Shown here in pieces: positions 26,600-40,311 of a stretch of DNA of 64,000 bases. Positions within the stretch are counted from its first letter, which is position 1. Every line of letters starts with the position of its first letter. Origin of the DNA: Sphyrna mokarran (taxonomy: Eukaryota); the NCBI GenBank assembly GCA_024679065.1, contig JAGIQG010000016.1, positions 12,338,001 to 12,402,000 on the forward strand, given 5' to 3'. Below the pieces are notes generated by a model. The model had not been told where the DNA came from. It ran no database searches and was given only the letters and a program-made list of their open reading frames with translations. Both the position numbers and the translations under genes were made by a program.

Positions 26600-27250
26600 A
26601 CTATTGAATGGCAAGTCACATTTCTAGAGAATGTAGAAAGAATGCAAGAGGAGCATTTAGAACAACAATTGGGAATTCAATTTGTAGCAATGTAAACACA
26701 TGGTTAGGACGCATTTCCAGTGCTGCATGCAGTTCTGGTCGTCATTTCTCTTGTGAGGCGTGACAATTTTGGAGATAGGGCAACAAAATTACCAGGATTT
26801 TTACTGGATTCGAGGCTGTTGACTATGACAGGAGGTTGAATAACCAAAGAATCTTTTCACTGGATATCCGGAGGCTGAGGAGTGTTATCATAAATTTATA
26901 AGAGGCAGAGGCAGAATGGATAGCCAAAGTCGTTTTCCCGGTGTTGAATTTTGATTTAGAACTGGGCACAGCTTCAATGTGAGGAGGAAATTTAAGTGAA
27001 ATATGCGGAAGAATATTTTCGTGTCAATTGTTTACGTTTGTAACGCTCTGCCGGAGTGGACGCTGGGAACATACGCATCAAGAACATTTAAGTGTCATCT
27101 ATGTGAGTACTTGGGTAAACATGGAATATAGAGATATGGGAGAGGAAGGGCAGCAGTTTTTATTATTTTATTACTTAATTAGGTCATCATGATTGGCACA
27201 AGCTTGAAGCGTCAAGAAACCTGTGCTTTTTCTGTACCTTGTTTTACTCT
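26600..27250 (+). mobile_element. Old CR1 3' fragment
   Basis: ggttaggacgcatt.ccagtgctgcatgcagttctggtc and a CR1-type 3' UTR. Confidence 0.7.
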
Positions 27251-28353
27251 GTTATTTTTTACTTGAATGAAATCCCCACTATACATCTGCTACTGCTTGA
27301 CTGAGCACGATGAAATGCAGGCTCTAAAATCTAACAATCCAGTGTAAGTTAAGGAAATTAATCTCCCCCACTCACCTTTGCTCCACGCCTCAGGTCGTAT
27401 TTCATTTTATTTCCCCAGAGAAAACCGCTCACTTCCCCGGCAATCCTTGAATGTCATTGCAAGATAATCAATTTACATTTCCAGCACAGTAAAATTAATT
27501 TGCAATAGTTACATTTTTTTTTCCATTCGCCACTCCCTTTCCCACTTCGTTCTCAAGTTACTTAATGCGAAATGGTTCTTGCTTGAAGAAATGATCACGT
27601 GTATTTCGTGCAACCTGCTCTTATGGAGAATTATGCTCTCTTTCTTATTTGTCCTGTAATGAGTGTCACATTGCGTTTTTTTTTGATAATGTTGGAATTA
27701 TAAAGTTTTTAACATAAGCATGATGGTCTGTCTGTCTAGCAATTTGCTTGGCACGTGATTATTTTTTTTTTCTGAATATTGTTTGTCTTTTTTCCTCCCG
27801 GTTATTATCCTTTCATTTATTTCTCTATTCAAATCTCTACTCGTTTACATGAGATTGAAATTCTTCTAACATCATACTTTTTCTCGTTGAGCTTTCTCTG
27901 TGCGATATCCATTCATTAATTCAAATCCGTGATCACACTCACGAACAATTGTGACTTGTACTTTGTTTTGTCTCCTCGAATTAGCAATTCCATAACTGCG
28001 CATGCACACAAACTCGCACGCGCACACACACACACACACACAAACACACACACGCACACACATGTAAACACCCATTACACATGCGCTGACGCACATTTAT
28101 CTTTCTCATTTTTTTCTTGTGCACAACATCATAATATTTCCGTATCATTTACAGAGAATTCGATCACAACATGGAAACAGTAGTTGTGCAAATTAAATTG
28201 CAAAATCACCGAAGTAATGTTCGAAAATATTATCACAAAAAATATGGCTTGTTTTTGTGCATACGTGGGAAATACAGAAGAAATCATGTTGCAGCACTTC
28301 TCAACAAAAGTATTTTTTTAGCCGACCTTTCCCCACCCCCCCTCATTTTCTTT

Positions 28354-28520
28354 NNNNNNNNNNNNNNNNNNNNNNNNNNNNNNNNNNNNNNNNNNNNNNN
28401 NNNNNNNNNNNNNNNNNNNNNNNNNNNNNNNNNNNNNNNNNNNNNNNNNNNNNNNNNNNNNNNNNNNNNNNNNNNNNNNNNNNNNNNNNNNNNNNNNNNN
28501 NNNNNNNNNNNNNNNNNNNN
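28354..28520. other. Assembly gap (N run)
   Basis: 167 N. Confidence 1.
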
Positions 28521-28757
28521 TTTCTGAATTTCAATTAGAATTAATGTATGGGCAACTCATTTTGATTTATTTTTGTATGAGTAGGATTTATTAATATGAC
28601 CAGTTGTTTTTTTTTTCATTTGTGAAATCAACATATTATCTACGTTTTAAACACGATTATTTATTTTACAAATACTTATTTCCTATGATGAAAAAAAATA
28701 AGTCATACGACTACATTTTCTAATCGTTAGAAGTTTTTTTTTAATTCTATTAAATAC

Positions 28758-28784
28758 CTTCTTTTAGCTCGTTTATCGTGTCCT
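28758..28784 (-). CDS. Coiled-coil gene microexon, 27 nt, type B: (E)DTINELKE
   Basis: tttttttttgcctggtacag|aggacacgataaacgagctaaaagaag|gtattt. Confidence 0.88.
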
Positions 28785-30993
28785 CTGTACCAGGCAAAAA
28801 AAAAACATATACAGGCACAGCTTATGAACAATTGTTTTAATGAAGATACAAATTAAATATATCTAAATGTGTATCTTAAAGTGAAAATTAGAAATATTCT
28901 AACTTGTAAAGAATAGTGTAATAAACCTGTCAGCTATGCTAACTATCAAGATCGTTAAAAGCCAATTTAAATACGCATTTGATATTCATGCAAAATGTGT
29001 TCTCTGTTTAGTGCGAATTGCCATGAATACATTGAAACATGTTGCCCTTATGAAGAAGGAAACTATACTTTCTCCTTGAACGGAAACAATTTGAATTTAC
29101 TCGCTCACGATTCCAACATAAAAGTCATCAATTGTGACGCACGTTGAAAATAATCAGAGCAGTTTGTCCTGTCATACTTAGCACCTTGTCTTCAGGCCAA
29201 CTCCAGTTTGACGCAAATTAACTTTATTTATTGCTATTTTCCTTCTAGTAAAGAAATGTGTTGTGTCTGATATGAGTTGTGGAAGACGATTTTATTGAGT
29301 TTCTGCAGTTAATGTTACACAGATTCGACTGTGTTCTTCACTAACGTGAATAGAGAATGGATCTATGAGTGTTTTATAACTGTCTATTTCATGCAGCGTG
29401 CATCATCCTTCGTGATGCCATTCTCCTTGAGAGACTTGAATGCAGAGTCATCCAGGAAAGTCAACGTATTCCGTGACAGTAGTACATGTCTGAATAAAAT
29501 GATTGAACTGGAAGATTCGATCATCAAACTCTGTGTATATGGTGTGCTTTGTATGGTGTGCTTCGCCTGAATTAGTGGAATAACAAGTGAGAAGTATGTG
29601 TCAGAATTCCTAATCCTTGGTCTTCTACTAAAGACATGCCATTTTTATATCAAATGGAGCTAATATTATCTTTATCCTTATTACGCGAATATTGCTGGTA
29701 TTAATTCAGACAAGTTGATGCGTTCTGAATGTCAAAAGCGAATGCTGAGCTTTTCACCATTGGGATCGGTCACTGTCTAGCACTTTGATGAGTTGAACAA
29801 TCTTTATATATTCGTCATCCAAATGTCGTCTATATTTTGCCACATTGGGCCATGTGAGTTTAGGTATATTCGGAACCATGAAAGCAAAAAAAAAATGTAA
29901 TAATTAGTAAGCTATAATATGAAGGCTTGAGTGACAGAATACATTGATGAACATGTTAAATTGTTTTAGCCTAGGGCAGGAGGTTCAGGAAAAGGAAAAA
30001 AAAAACTATGGGGGATGTGTCTGATTACGTAATTGAATTGGAATACTTGAACAGCAAAAGGTATCTCCCTCTCTGGGGCACACGGTGGAAATTCAGCCAC
30101 CATCCTACTACCTGCATCCCCCTCAGCAAGATATCAATTTCGCCATCATCACAACAGACCCATCAGCCTTCTGAAATTGACATCAGTTTTATCAGCAGGC
30201 CATTCGGTCAAAAATGCATTGAATGAAGGAACAATTAAAGATTAATCATCCCTTGCCACGACCCAACTTTGGAACACTTAATAATGACATTAGTGGTTTA
30301 CTTGTGAAGCTCGTATTCAAACTGTTTCTGTGAGAAGGTGAATGATGTGGCCCTGTAAATTTAGAACAGGGGAGGAGGTGCATGTGATCGACATATTCTG
30401 TTCAATGAACGCAAAATGATGAACCAAGAAAATAGAGACTGCATTTATTCGCAGTTAATATTCACACGAATGCAAGCATGACGACCTTTGTGCATGCCTA
30501 TCTCCGCTTACAGCATTTGACGGAGTGCATGCTTTTAGCACTATATCTCAAAAAAAACTAGTCATTTGGCCGTTATTGTTAATTCTGTTTGCTGAATTAT
30601 CAGGTATCTCGAAATTGAAGAGTACACCATACTTGTTGATGCTTACAATTTCAGAAGATGTGGAGATGGATAATTTGCTCAGTAGTTTTTGCCCGAACAC
30701 CACTCCAAATATTCTGTGGATAGTATCCTGGTTTTCTGTAACTCTTATTCAGAATGTTCATATTTATAGGGCAACAACTCTAGTTTGTTGTTGATCACCA
30801 TACCATCAATCACAAGCTCAATTTTATAGCAGCACGCGACTGTTTTAGTATTGTCTACGAAAATGCATTTAGAACCATTTCATTGCTGAAAGCTTGAAGT
30901 CGAATCGATAAATGTTATAATAGCTGCCATTTCTGAGTGACAGTTAAGAGGAATTTTTGACACTACCAGCTCTAAATCCTTATCTGTACGAAC

Positions 30994-31020
30994 CTTTCTC
31001 TTTAGCATCGGATATTGCCG
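30994..31020 (-). CDS. Coiled-coil gene microexon, 27 nt, type D: (A)AISDAKEK
   Basis: ctttttatattgtattacacag|cggcaatatccgatgctaaagagaaag|gttcgt. Homologous to 41386-41412; weak donor. Confidence 0.78.
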
Positions 31021-31769
31021 CTGTGTAATACAATATAAAAAGAATATTTATGAAGAAGTGCTAGGACATGTTCCATGTGGTTAGTCCAACACATCGAGGT
31101 TTACTTTGCTTTGATAATGACTACTGCAATCACAATGTTTGTCCAATCGGGAAAGTGACGATGGTTTGTTTTATAAATGCGCGTTTTAAAGAATACATTT
31201 GAAGGAACTTTACATTTGCACAAGCAGGCCGTGCAGGAAGCACGTGACATTTGACGAAACAGCTCATGACAGTTATCACAACAAGGTAAAACCAAAATGA
31301 AGACAGAAATGATATGTTATAAGTGAGGAGGCAGGGTAGCATTGACCGGATCTAAGTAAAACACAACTGTTCTTTCTGATACTTGCAAGAAACACAGAGA
31401 TCTTTGTGTGTAAAGTGCAGTTAACTGGGTGTATGGTGAACAATCAATGCAAATATTCCCGAAGTTTGTTAAAAAAATTGAAAACAAAATGTTTGCTGAA
31501 TGAGTGGGAAAGGAACCCAACAACTTCGCTCATGAATACACATTTTGTGGGGAGAGAAGTTTTTTTTCCCCTGTGGGAATTCAAATATAATGATGGAAGT
31601 GCAACAAGACTGATTCATAACGACTGTGAATTGTTACAGCTTAGTTGGGATAATTGCCCCTAACGTGTCGGAGCAATGTTAAATTCATTACCGTACACAA
31701 CACATTTGCCGTTCCTACAATCCCTATGTAAGCATACACACAAACAAGCATAAGCACACACAGACACGG

Positions 31770-31779
31770 ACACACACAC

Positions 31780-31836
<57 letters not shown>
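31770..31836. repeat. (CA)n microsatellite
   Basis: Direct observation. Confidence 0.97.
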
Positions 31837-31838
<2 letters not shown>

Positions 31839-32499
31839 TGTGCAGAAAGAAAACGACGAAAGTTTTTTTTTATTATTGTTTGTATAACATTACTTCGTGT
31901 TTCTCTTCTTTTGACACAACCTGATAATTATGATGCCATCTGGTCTTTCAACCCGACAGGGGAAGGAAGTTAGTGGTGGTGATCACAAATATGTCTTTTT
32001 TTTCAAATGCTCTGAAAAGCTGCATAGTAGTTATTATTTAGTTATTAGCAGTTATTAGTAGTTATTAGCACCCTAGCACCAATTTACTACTTTTAATTGC
32101 ATGCCAGTCAAGAATATTTGCTTAATGCTTGATGGTTTAAATTGATTTAAATTCTAACAAAGCGAGTAAATGCAAATTCAAATGCAAATTCAAATATGAA
32201 TTTATATTGTGGGTGATGGCACAGGCAGTTTCATTAAAATTAGGAGCCATGTGGAACTGAACGGTCATTAAATTTTAACAGTGGTTCAGTTCGGCATTGG
32301 CGCAAGTGTACAAAACCCATTCAGATGTGCTGAACAGCTGATTGATAGGACATTATATCATATGTTGCAACTTCGTCGTAGTCAAATAACAGCGAATATA
32401 TATTGCTGCATAATACGCATTCATGGGCATCAAAATTTTTGTTCCCACTACCAAGTATATTTTCAATAAATGAGCACACATTCATTGTCATAAAATAAC

Positions 32500-32526
32500 C
32501 TTTCTCTTTACCTTTCCAATTTTCTT
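32500..32526 (-). CDS. Coiled-coil gene microexon, 27 nt, type A: (E)ENWKGKEK
   Basis: gtttctcccttgcag|aagaaaattggaaaggtaaagagaaag|gttatt. Weak donor; an internal in-frame alternative donor (aag|gtaaag) would give 15 nt. Confidence 0.75.
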
Positions 32527-34903
32527 CTGCAAGGGAGAAACACGAATATCATTTTTGAGAGAATGTTAATTGTCCAAGCGGCATCGTTATTGACAAAGCT
32601 ATGCATTTGTATTATTATACACGTAGAATAACATATGCAATGTTAGGTATCAATTTGCAGATACTAAAGTAAATACGGGAAGACAAAAACAAAGTCTATT
32701 ATCAACGTATATTTCTGAAATAAATCCTGTATAATCAGACAGAAAAAAAAAAGAACATTCAGAGCAGGGTAAGTTACTAAATTCAACTCCTGGGAACAGG
32801 CGAACGTCTCAAAAAGAACGTAAACTGACTTAGCAAATTGAAAATGGTATGAGCTGGAAAGGTGACGCTACAGATGCAAACCGATGATGGAGTCATCGGC
32901 AGTTAAACGAACAAGATTGCTAACTCGTGGACAGCAAAACATCTGTAATCTATTTTTTTTTTAAATGCTGGAATTTCAAGGGACAACTTTTATTTCCTGA
33001 GGTGCGAAATGAACCAGTAAATATCACTGCACACAACGCAGATAAATCAGAAGATAACCTGCGGTACAAATCCTAGCTTTTATTTTGGAAAGATAGCTTT
33101 GTTTTGGGTTATTTATTCCAGTTGAACAGCATGGTTAAGAACGTGAGCACCTGTTCGTCCGTTAGCGTTGAATGGGCCCTATTATGGAAAAAAAGTTTAT
33201 TTTTGTCATCTTTTCTTCAGAATAATAGGAAGTTATTAAGATTTTGTTGTCATGGGCAAACGCATTTGCCGTTTTCTCTGTGAAAAAAATAACTGTTTCA
33301 CATAGCGAAATATCGTAGTATATCCTGGAAAAAGTTAGGGAGGTCCTAGATGATAACGTATCCTTCCCATTCGCTTATACTTTTTCATCACCTGAGTTAC
33401 ATGCAGAAAATAAAGAGAAAATCAGCTACTTTTCAAATGTGCATTTATAGTTTTCAATTTTAGCAATCTCAAAAAATTCTAGAGCTCCAAGACTTATTTA
33501 ATGGAGTGTTTGTTTTGTACATAAGGTCATGCGATCCGAATCACAGCAACGGCTAACTGTTTTCATAATGTATCAACTCTATTCTCAAGGCAATTCTTGA
33601 ATCTGTCACGAGTGTAGTCATCACACAAATAATATGAAAACAATCCTATAAATTTTATTTTTCCATCACAGATAAAATTTGCAACCAGTTCATCCATGTT
33701 AATGAATGCTTATCATAAAAAAAAACAGATCCCTAGAGAAAGCTGAGAAGGGGAAATCTGAACTGAGACAATAGCACGTGAAATCACAGTCACTCACCAT
33801 GAAAAGTATGCACAACAATTTGCTGGAGAAACGTCTTTGAAATATAAATCAGAGAAAAGAGCTACACCACTGTGAAGTTTTTGGAACACTAATATGCCAT
33901 TTTGTAACCCAAAATGATAGTTGGCCGCAAGTTATTGTTGATCCATGTTTCAGGGAAAGCAGTTTTTGTTGGTGGGAGTGTCAGGAAGTACTGTTGTATT
34001 TGTCTGTATCCACTTGCATATGAGTGGATGGCTGGAGGGCGTTCGTATATATCTGTAGAATAATACACCTTCCATGTACATAAATGAAAATTTAATTCAT
34101 TGCAAGTTACCTAAAAACAGCGTCTGGACGCCAGCCACGGTAAAACTGTACTAGCTATTGGGCGTCAAAAAAGGGCCCGTTTCCAGTGCTGTTTTGTTAT
34201 TTTGTTCTTTGTTCATTGAATAAGTCACGACAAGGAGTTCGAATTAAGTATTACCTGTGATGTTTTGCAAATACCTTTGGAATGTCATATAGGCATGAAA
34301 CATATTGCTGAATTTCCGAAAGGACACACTTAATCACAAACTCCTTCCTTGGCGAAAAAAAATGGATTCACTAAACTGAACAAATTTTGGGATCCTACAT
34401 CAATAGCAATCATCAGCATGCTCAATACATGAATGATGAGGACACATCAATGTTTGTTCAGCAAATCAGGTCACTCAGAAAAATCCGGTTTGTCTTGGCA
34501 TAAATTCATTTTCACTGATTTTTCGACATCATTTTCTCCTTAAAAGCAGAGAAATTTATCGGGAATGTCAAATTCAAAGAAGTGTACCACCGATTGTGTC
34601 ATATGAGGTTCCCTTTTGAGACGGTACAATGCTCGAATTAGGTAGTAGTTTGTTATTGTACGAGAACTTAATCACTTTTGTAATCAGACAGATTGGAAAA
34701 ATGGATTGCGTCCGTTCCTTCTTGCCGATTTGCTATTTTCGCTTAGTGATATGAAATTACTTGAGTTTTATGAGTTAACATCATAGTTTGATGGGTTAAA
34801 TATGCAAGAGTAACATGCAATACGAACTACAATTATAGAGAGATTACACTTATGAAAAAAAAAACAATGGAACAGCCATTGTTTACTGGTGTTCATTGTT
34901 TAC

Positions 34904-34939
34904 CTGCATCCTTTAAACTTTCTTGGCACTTGGACAATT
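34904..34939 (-). CDS. Coiled-coil gene microexon, 36 nt, type C: (E)LSKCQESLKDA
   Basis: atttcaattacgttccag|aattgtccaagtgccaagaaagtttaaaggatgcag|gtaaac. Confidence 0.88.
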
Positions 34940-35531
34940 CTGGAACGTAATTGAAATATCTATGTTTTTCATTTAAACTATTATTTGTCGTTTTCTTGTC
35001 AATATGGGAATTAATGTTCATACACAGAGTCGGAAATTTTATCATTTATGTATTTCTTGTTGAGTACTAGCGCACAAAACATTTGGGTAAAAGTCGCCAT
35101 TCTAAAATAATTATAATGAAATTCTCTTTCTTTTCCAAGGGTCAGAAAAACACTATTTAGAAAATATATACGATCGTTGATGTCAATAATTGAACCAACC
35201 TTTCCCTGCCACAACATCGAAAAAACCCCAAGTCTTATGCATTCCTTTCTTGAACACGGCAATCTCTTTGTGACCTTGTCTAATACAATCAGTCAAAATG
35301 AACATTATTCACTTTCGTGCACTGTTTAAAAGTCCAATAGTGACTCCCTGTTACAACACCGCTCTGCTCAATTCTATTTGTGTCTGTTTCAAACAACAAC
35401 TTTCCTTCTGAGGTGTACTGCAATCCTGTTTTTTTCACTTATGTATTTATTTCGATTTGAGGTAGAGTTCGTTCTTCTGTCTCAAAAGGCACATTTTAAA
35501 CCAAAGTTGGCTCCTTCTGTGACAATTCCCT

Positions 35532-35535
<4 letters not shown>

Positions 35536-35617
<82 letters not shown>
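35536..35617. repeat. (TG)n microsatellite
   Basis: Direct observation. Confidence 0.97.
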
Positions 35618-35621
<4 letters not shown>

Positions 35622-35859
35622 TTTTGTGATTCTGCTCCTGCTTGCATTAGCCCCATCCTTCTTACTTGCATGAGGGGACGGGGTATTAATTACGATGTTT
35701 ATCAACTTTTTTTCACAATCCATATTCAATGATGTAATTAGTAACTAGGGTAATTACTTAATAATTTGTAAAATAGATTTTAATTAGTCTGCAGAAGAGA
35801 TAACATGAAAACGTATATTTTGTAAAAGTGCAATTGACGTTCTACTTTCACTCACATAC

Positions 35860-35886
35860 CTGCGTTTAGTTCACATATTCTGTCAT
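35860..35886 (-). CDS. Coiled-coil gene microexon, 27 nt, type B: (D)DRICELNA
   Basis: tctttttgtgtatgcgccaaacag|atgacagaatatgtgaactaaacgcag|gtatgt. I4/L7 pattern of type B. Confidence 0.8.
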
Positions 35887-36099
35887 CTGTTTGGCGCATA
35901 CACAAAAAGACAACATTTGTTGTCTTGAATCCGATATGCAACAGATTACGAACAATACTCTGAATGAGAAAAAAAAACTAAATGCATACAAATCTAATGT
36001 GTTGAGACTAGCACGATAACGATGTTAAATAATAGCCGTCGGTCTCACAAAAGTTCTGAATTGGTGGGAGATTTATTCCAAACCTCGAGTGATTTCTCA

Positions 36100-39000
36100 G
36101 TTCAGATTTTCACCCGAATCTCTGTACCATGTGCACTGCAGAGAGCCTCGTCGTGTATATCATTAACCGTTGCGGGGAGCCTGACCTCATTTCCGGCAAA
36201 GAGCCCGAAATCGCTGGGATGTGTGGGAACCAGCATATGGGCACAACGGCTGTAGATCGCGGAAAATAGTCGATAACTGTCGTCAAACACTCGAATTCCT
36301 CGCTGCCCCAATAACCACCGCGCCTCACTTCTCCCCGCCCCGCAACATACACACCTCATCGCTGGCCTCGTTGCTGGCGCCCACAGCCCCGACAATCCTG
36401 CACAGAAATCCTGCACTGACCTCAATGCCCTCCCTGCAGCCGCCTCCTCTCCCCCCCCCCCCCCCCCCACCACCACCACTACGCAACCCTTTGTTCCCCA
36501 CAGAGAGACATGGCGGCCAGCTTACATCATGCCCCCATGGATCCGGATAATGCGGGTACGCAATCTCTCCATTCCTTGAACATACTGTCCTCACTGCTGC
36601 CCAGCAGATAACTATGACTGTGTTGAAATGCAGAACCCCAATACGTAATCATTCCCTCTCTTGAATGGGAGTCTTTGTTATTGCACCCCACTCCCACCCC
36701 ACCCTCGAACACAGCAGCGAATCTATTATTAAATGCAACCCTCCCCCTCCCCCTGCCACCGCCATAACCCGGACACAGCATCCGACTGAATGGCAACTAA
36801 TCAATATACTAGGGATGAATGACACTCTACTGAATGAAAACGGCAATCTCTGCCATAAATGTTTGCCGTCAACTGGCCATAGTCGCTTTACCTGCACTCA
36901 CCCAATAAGTCAGAGCTCTATATAAGCTGCAGGAATGGATGCGCAGCCAGTCACGCCAAAAAAAAAGATCGACACGCAGAATGCATTCTCCAGAGTTTTG
37001 CACGCAGGCCGGTAGCATTTGCGAGATGTCGTAGAGGAGAAATGTGATCATCTGCTCACTGGCCAGTGACCTAAATCAAGCTGTGTATGTGCCATGCCAT
37101 TGAGGGAGGTGACAGATGTGGTGAATACCAGGAGCCTGATACCGTGCTCTGGCAGGAAGTGCCCTAAAAATAAACTGCACGATGATCTGCGAGCAGCAAG
37201 GATGAGTGTGCATTACACTTGAAATTGCACACATGCTTGCAACGGATGTCCGACCCTACTTGGACACATAAAGCGCATGCAAAATGTGAACAGAATGTAA
37301 TCACTTCCCTCATCCCTCAATGAGTGTCATTCAGTGGTGAATGTTTTCCGCAAAAAAAAAGTCAGCACAACGCACATGACACAGACAGGCACTGTGCACC
37401 ATGCACTGCAACATGTTAATCCTTGCTATCCACCTATATTCCCACACAGTGAGAGAAAAAAAAAATCTGCAAAGCACCCGAGACGACATAGTCTGATAGG
37501 GCTATGCAAAATATGTGGAAATTGAGAATCATGGATGAGTGTGTCATGAAGCTGGCATGGGATGATGAGCCATACCGAACGGTCACTGACAGCCAGATCA
37601 GCATACAGCATGCAAGTCAGCAGAAGGTCACCCTCAAACATCGCTCTACTCTAAACACGTGCGATGCTACAGAGAATGTTTGTCTCTCACTCCCAAATGC
37701 ATGTTTTTTTTTAGCCCTGGGCCCAGAGGAGCCCGACTATTCGGGATTTGCTACGGCACTCACTACTCTAGAGCCAACTGCCTACGACACGCTAGGTGAC
37801 ATCTCAGAGGAAACACTGATAAAACAGTGAGGACAGTAGCACTGAAGTGTCATCAGACCCAGCATGCAATACACCAACATAGAGACATTCACAATGTGCG
37901 TACCATTCGTGTTGAGGCGTCTGGATAATGATCTGATGAATAGATCACTGCCGCTGATGCTCATCGGATGGAGGCGGGCCCATCCGAAGTTTTGGGCATA
38001 CGGCGATCTGCTGGAGACCAGGTTATAGCTGTCCCCAAGCCAGGTTCTGGGCTTCTGGATTTGTTTCTTCCAAAACTGGTGCAGATGTATCAAGGATACC
38101 CTGAGCGTTGTGAAAGGACTGTCAACAAAGATGCTGTGGCTGCAGGGCTGTTTAGGGGAGTCAAAAACATTGCTTTTGCAGCATATGGTGCAGAAACAGC
38201 ATGAGATTTAGGCAATATTGCAAGGGAGCCGACCACGATGAAAATTTTGGCTCTGGAGTCTGCCTTCATGTGTAACAGAGTCCCGGCCATCCTGTTGAAA
38301 CTACGGGCCACGGGCGAGTGTGTTCTTATCATTCAGGAGACACAAAACGTTTGATGACCATGGACGTCAAGGCTGTATGGTCACACAGCTGGTCATGACT
38401 CAGACTATTGCTGGCATCCTGGAGACACTGCAGGTCATGGTTGTGAGCTTGGAAAACAAAGCCCAGGTTCATTGGGCTACTGCTGATTGACTCCGGATCC
38501 TGGCTTTCTCACGGAATGCTGTAGCTGTGAGTTGCAGAGATTGACTGAGTCTCAGAAGGCCCGTGTTGCTGGATCACATATCATGGGGCAAACAGTTGTA
38601 GGTCACCAGGAATGGCAGGGACAGGTAACGCCAAAAAATCTGGAGCTCACTCCACCTATGCTGGTGTCCTATGGAGTCCCTCTGGGGCCTTTAGGCACTC
38701 CAAGATAAAAGGATGTCTTTGAAACCAAGTTGGTGTCTTTCAGCTGGGAGATTCAGATATCCCAACTCTCCCTTTTTCGCATCGGTGTTGTCTCAGGGTT
38801 AAAGTAAAGAACAAGGTGGCACTCAAACAGTGCCATCCACATGTCAGCCAAGGCCTTCCAGGTCCTGGCAACCTAGGGGACTCAGCTAAGGCCGTTGCAA
38901 GCAATGGGACATACATCAGAGTTGGACACCTCATTCTACTATCTCTTTTTTTCTAGGCGCTACCTGGAGAAAGGAATAGACAACACAAAGTTAGAAAGTT

Positions 39001-40311
39001 GTGGTTTACTGAAGGGCACGAATGAAGGTAAACATTATCAAGTTTTGGTACTCATTTATGTTAAGAACACAGTAAAATGTTAATTGCACATCAAACTGTG
39101 ACTAATCCGTCTCTGATTCGCACTTACCCCACTCATGCATCCCCTCCCCCCCACAAAAATGCGAATTACCCCAAACTTCCAAACACAGAAGTGTTATCTA
39201 TAGAGGAACATATCAGGAGAACAATCAGGGTATTGGACCAACAGCCGACGCTGGTCACAAGTTCAGACAGAGGGGAGAGAGGAAAATGGAAAGAAGAGCT
39301 TGGAAATTTTCACAATGAGAGCTGATGACAAGCCGATGTCCGAATGAGTTCAATTAACTTTTTCAGTAATGTCAGTGATTTGAAAAGTCCCGAGATTAAA
39401 CTGATAATGGTATTTAAAATATATTTCTAACAATATTCAAATTACTCGCCTTCCCACCAGTTTATAGTGTGGCCTGACCGGTGACTGTTTGCTGCTCTGA
39501 GACATACGCATGCACTCCAAGTGCAGAATATCTGTTCAAGGCCCGTGACAAGCATCTCCCACGGCGACCTGAAAGAAAAGTTGTAGGTTGGAGACCAGAA
39601 CACACCATTCGCCAAAGAAATCGCGCCCCTCATCTTTGCGGCTTTGCCCTGAGTTCAGCAGAGAAATATGGTTCAATTCTTTGCATCTCGGGTACCTCTC
39701 CCTCCCTTGCACTTAACAGTACAACCTATGTTATAGGATCAGATTATGAACGCCCTGAAAATTTGTGAAATGGTGGCCTCCGCTACGTTTCGCACCCACC
39801 CTTCCCCAGATAGTTCGGAATGAGTCCTTGGAGCATGTGAGTTAATCGACTCCGAGGGTATCACTTTTTCAGCATCAACTTCCAACTCGCTGTTCATCTT
39901 ACCAGATAATGACACGACGTTGGATCCAATTATTGCTCAGGCTTATCGTTCACTTTCTGGTGAGCAAGACATATTTGATCGTGTACATCGGTGGGGGAGG
40001 GTAAATATCAGACCTGTGCTTTAAGTGGCTTGCTGAAGGCGACAACTCAGCAGGCAACCTTCTGTATGCAATATCGCTGAGATGATTTCTATCTCAGCTG
40101 CTAGGTATGCAGTAACAAAGCCATGCAATATAGGATTGAGAGATGGTCACACTAGAACAACTGGAAGAATGTCGGGAGCAGTCCCAATTTTTTTTTAGAC
40201 AAACCAGTCGATGGCTGTCTTGCATTGCTCCCAGGACGCAAATCATGCTATTTGCCTCACGCCCGATTTTACCACATTTTCGCACCCGGAAATTTGTGAG
40301 AAATTGCCCCT
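36100..40311 (+). mobile_element. Decayed PIF/Harbinger DNA transposon with Myb/SANT-like gene relic
   Basis: ~36985-37201 reads RDVVEEKCD.L...LREVTDVVNTRS...C.K...DDLRAAR (Myb/SANT-like); later HQEWQGQVTPKNLELT matches 62600; TIR-like end aaattgcccc at ~40310. Confidence 0.6.

Noticed and set aside
30804-30854. Open 51/36-nt phase-1 candidate exon DNTKTVACCYKIELVID
   Set aside because: The corresponding region in the other cassette (~41280-41320) is not frame-preserving; more likely duplicated intron.
31447-32189. Octamer motifs ATGCAAAT, suggesting an Ig enhancer
   Set aside because: A few copies are expected by chance in AT-rich DNA, and the pair at 32170/32182 is a 12-bp tandem duplication.
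33798-33834. Strong-looking minus-strand exon (37 nt; one frame reads VSPANCCAYFS, chemokine-like)
   Set aside because: Length is not a multiple of 3, it is far shorter than a CC-chemokine exon 2, and it has no homology to the microexon classes.
6231-37451. CACAGTG/CACTGTG heptamers as V(D)J recombination signals
   Set aside because: None checked has a nonamer at 12- or 23-nt spacing; no Ig/TCR V or J segments seen.
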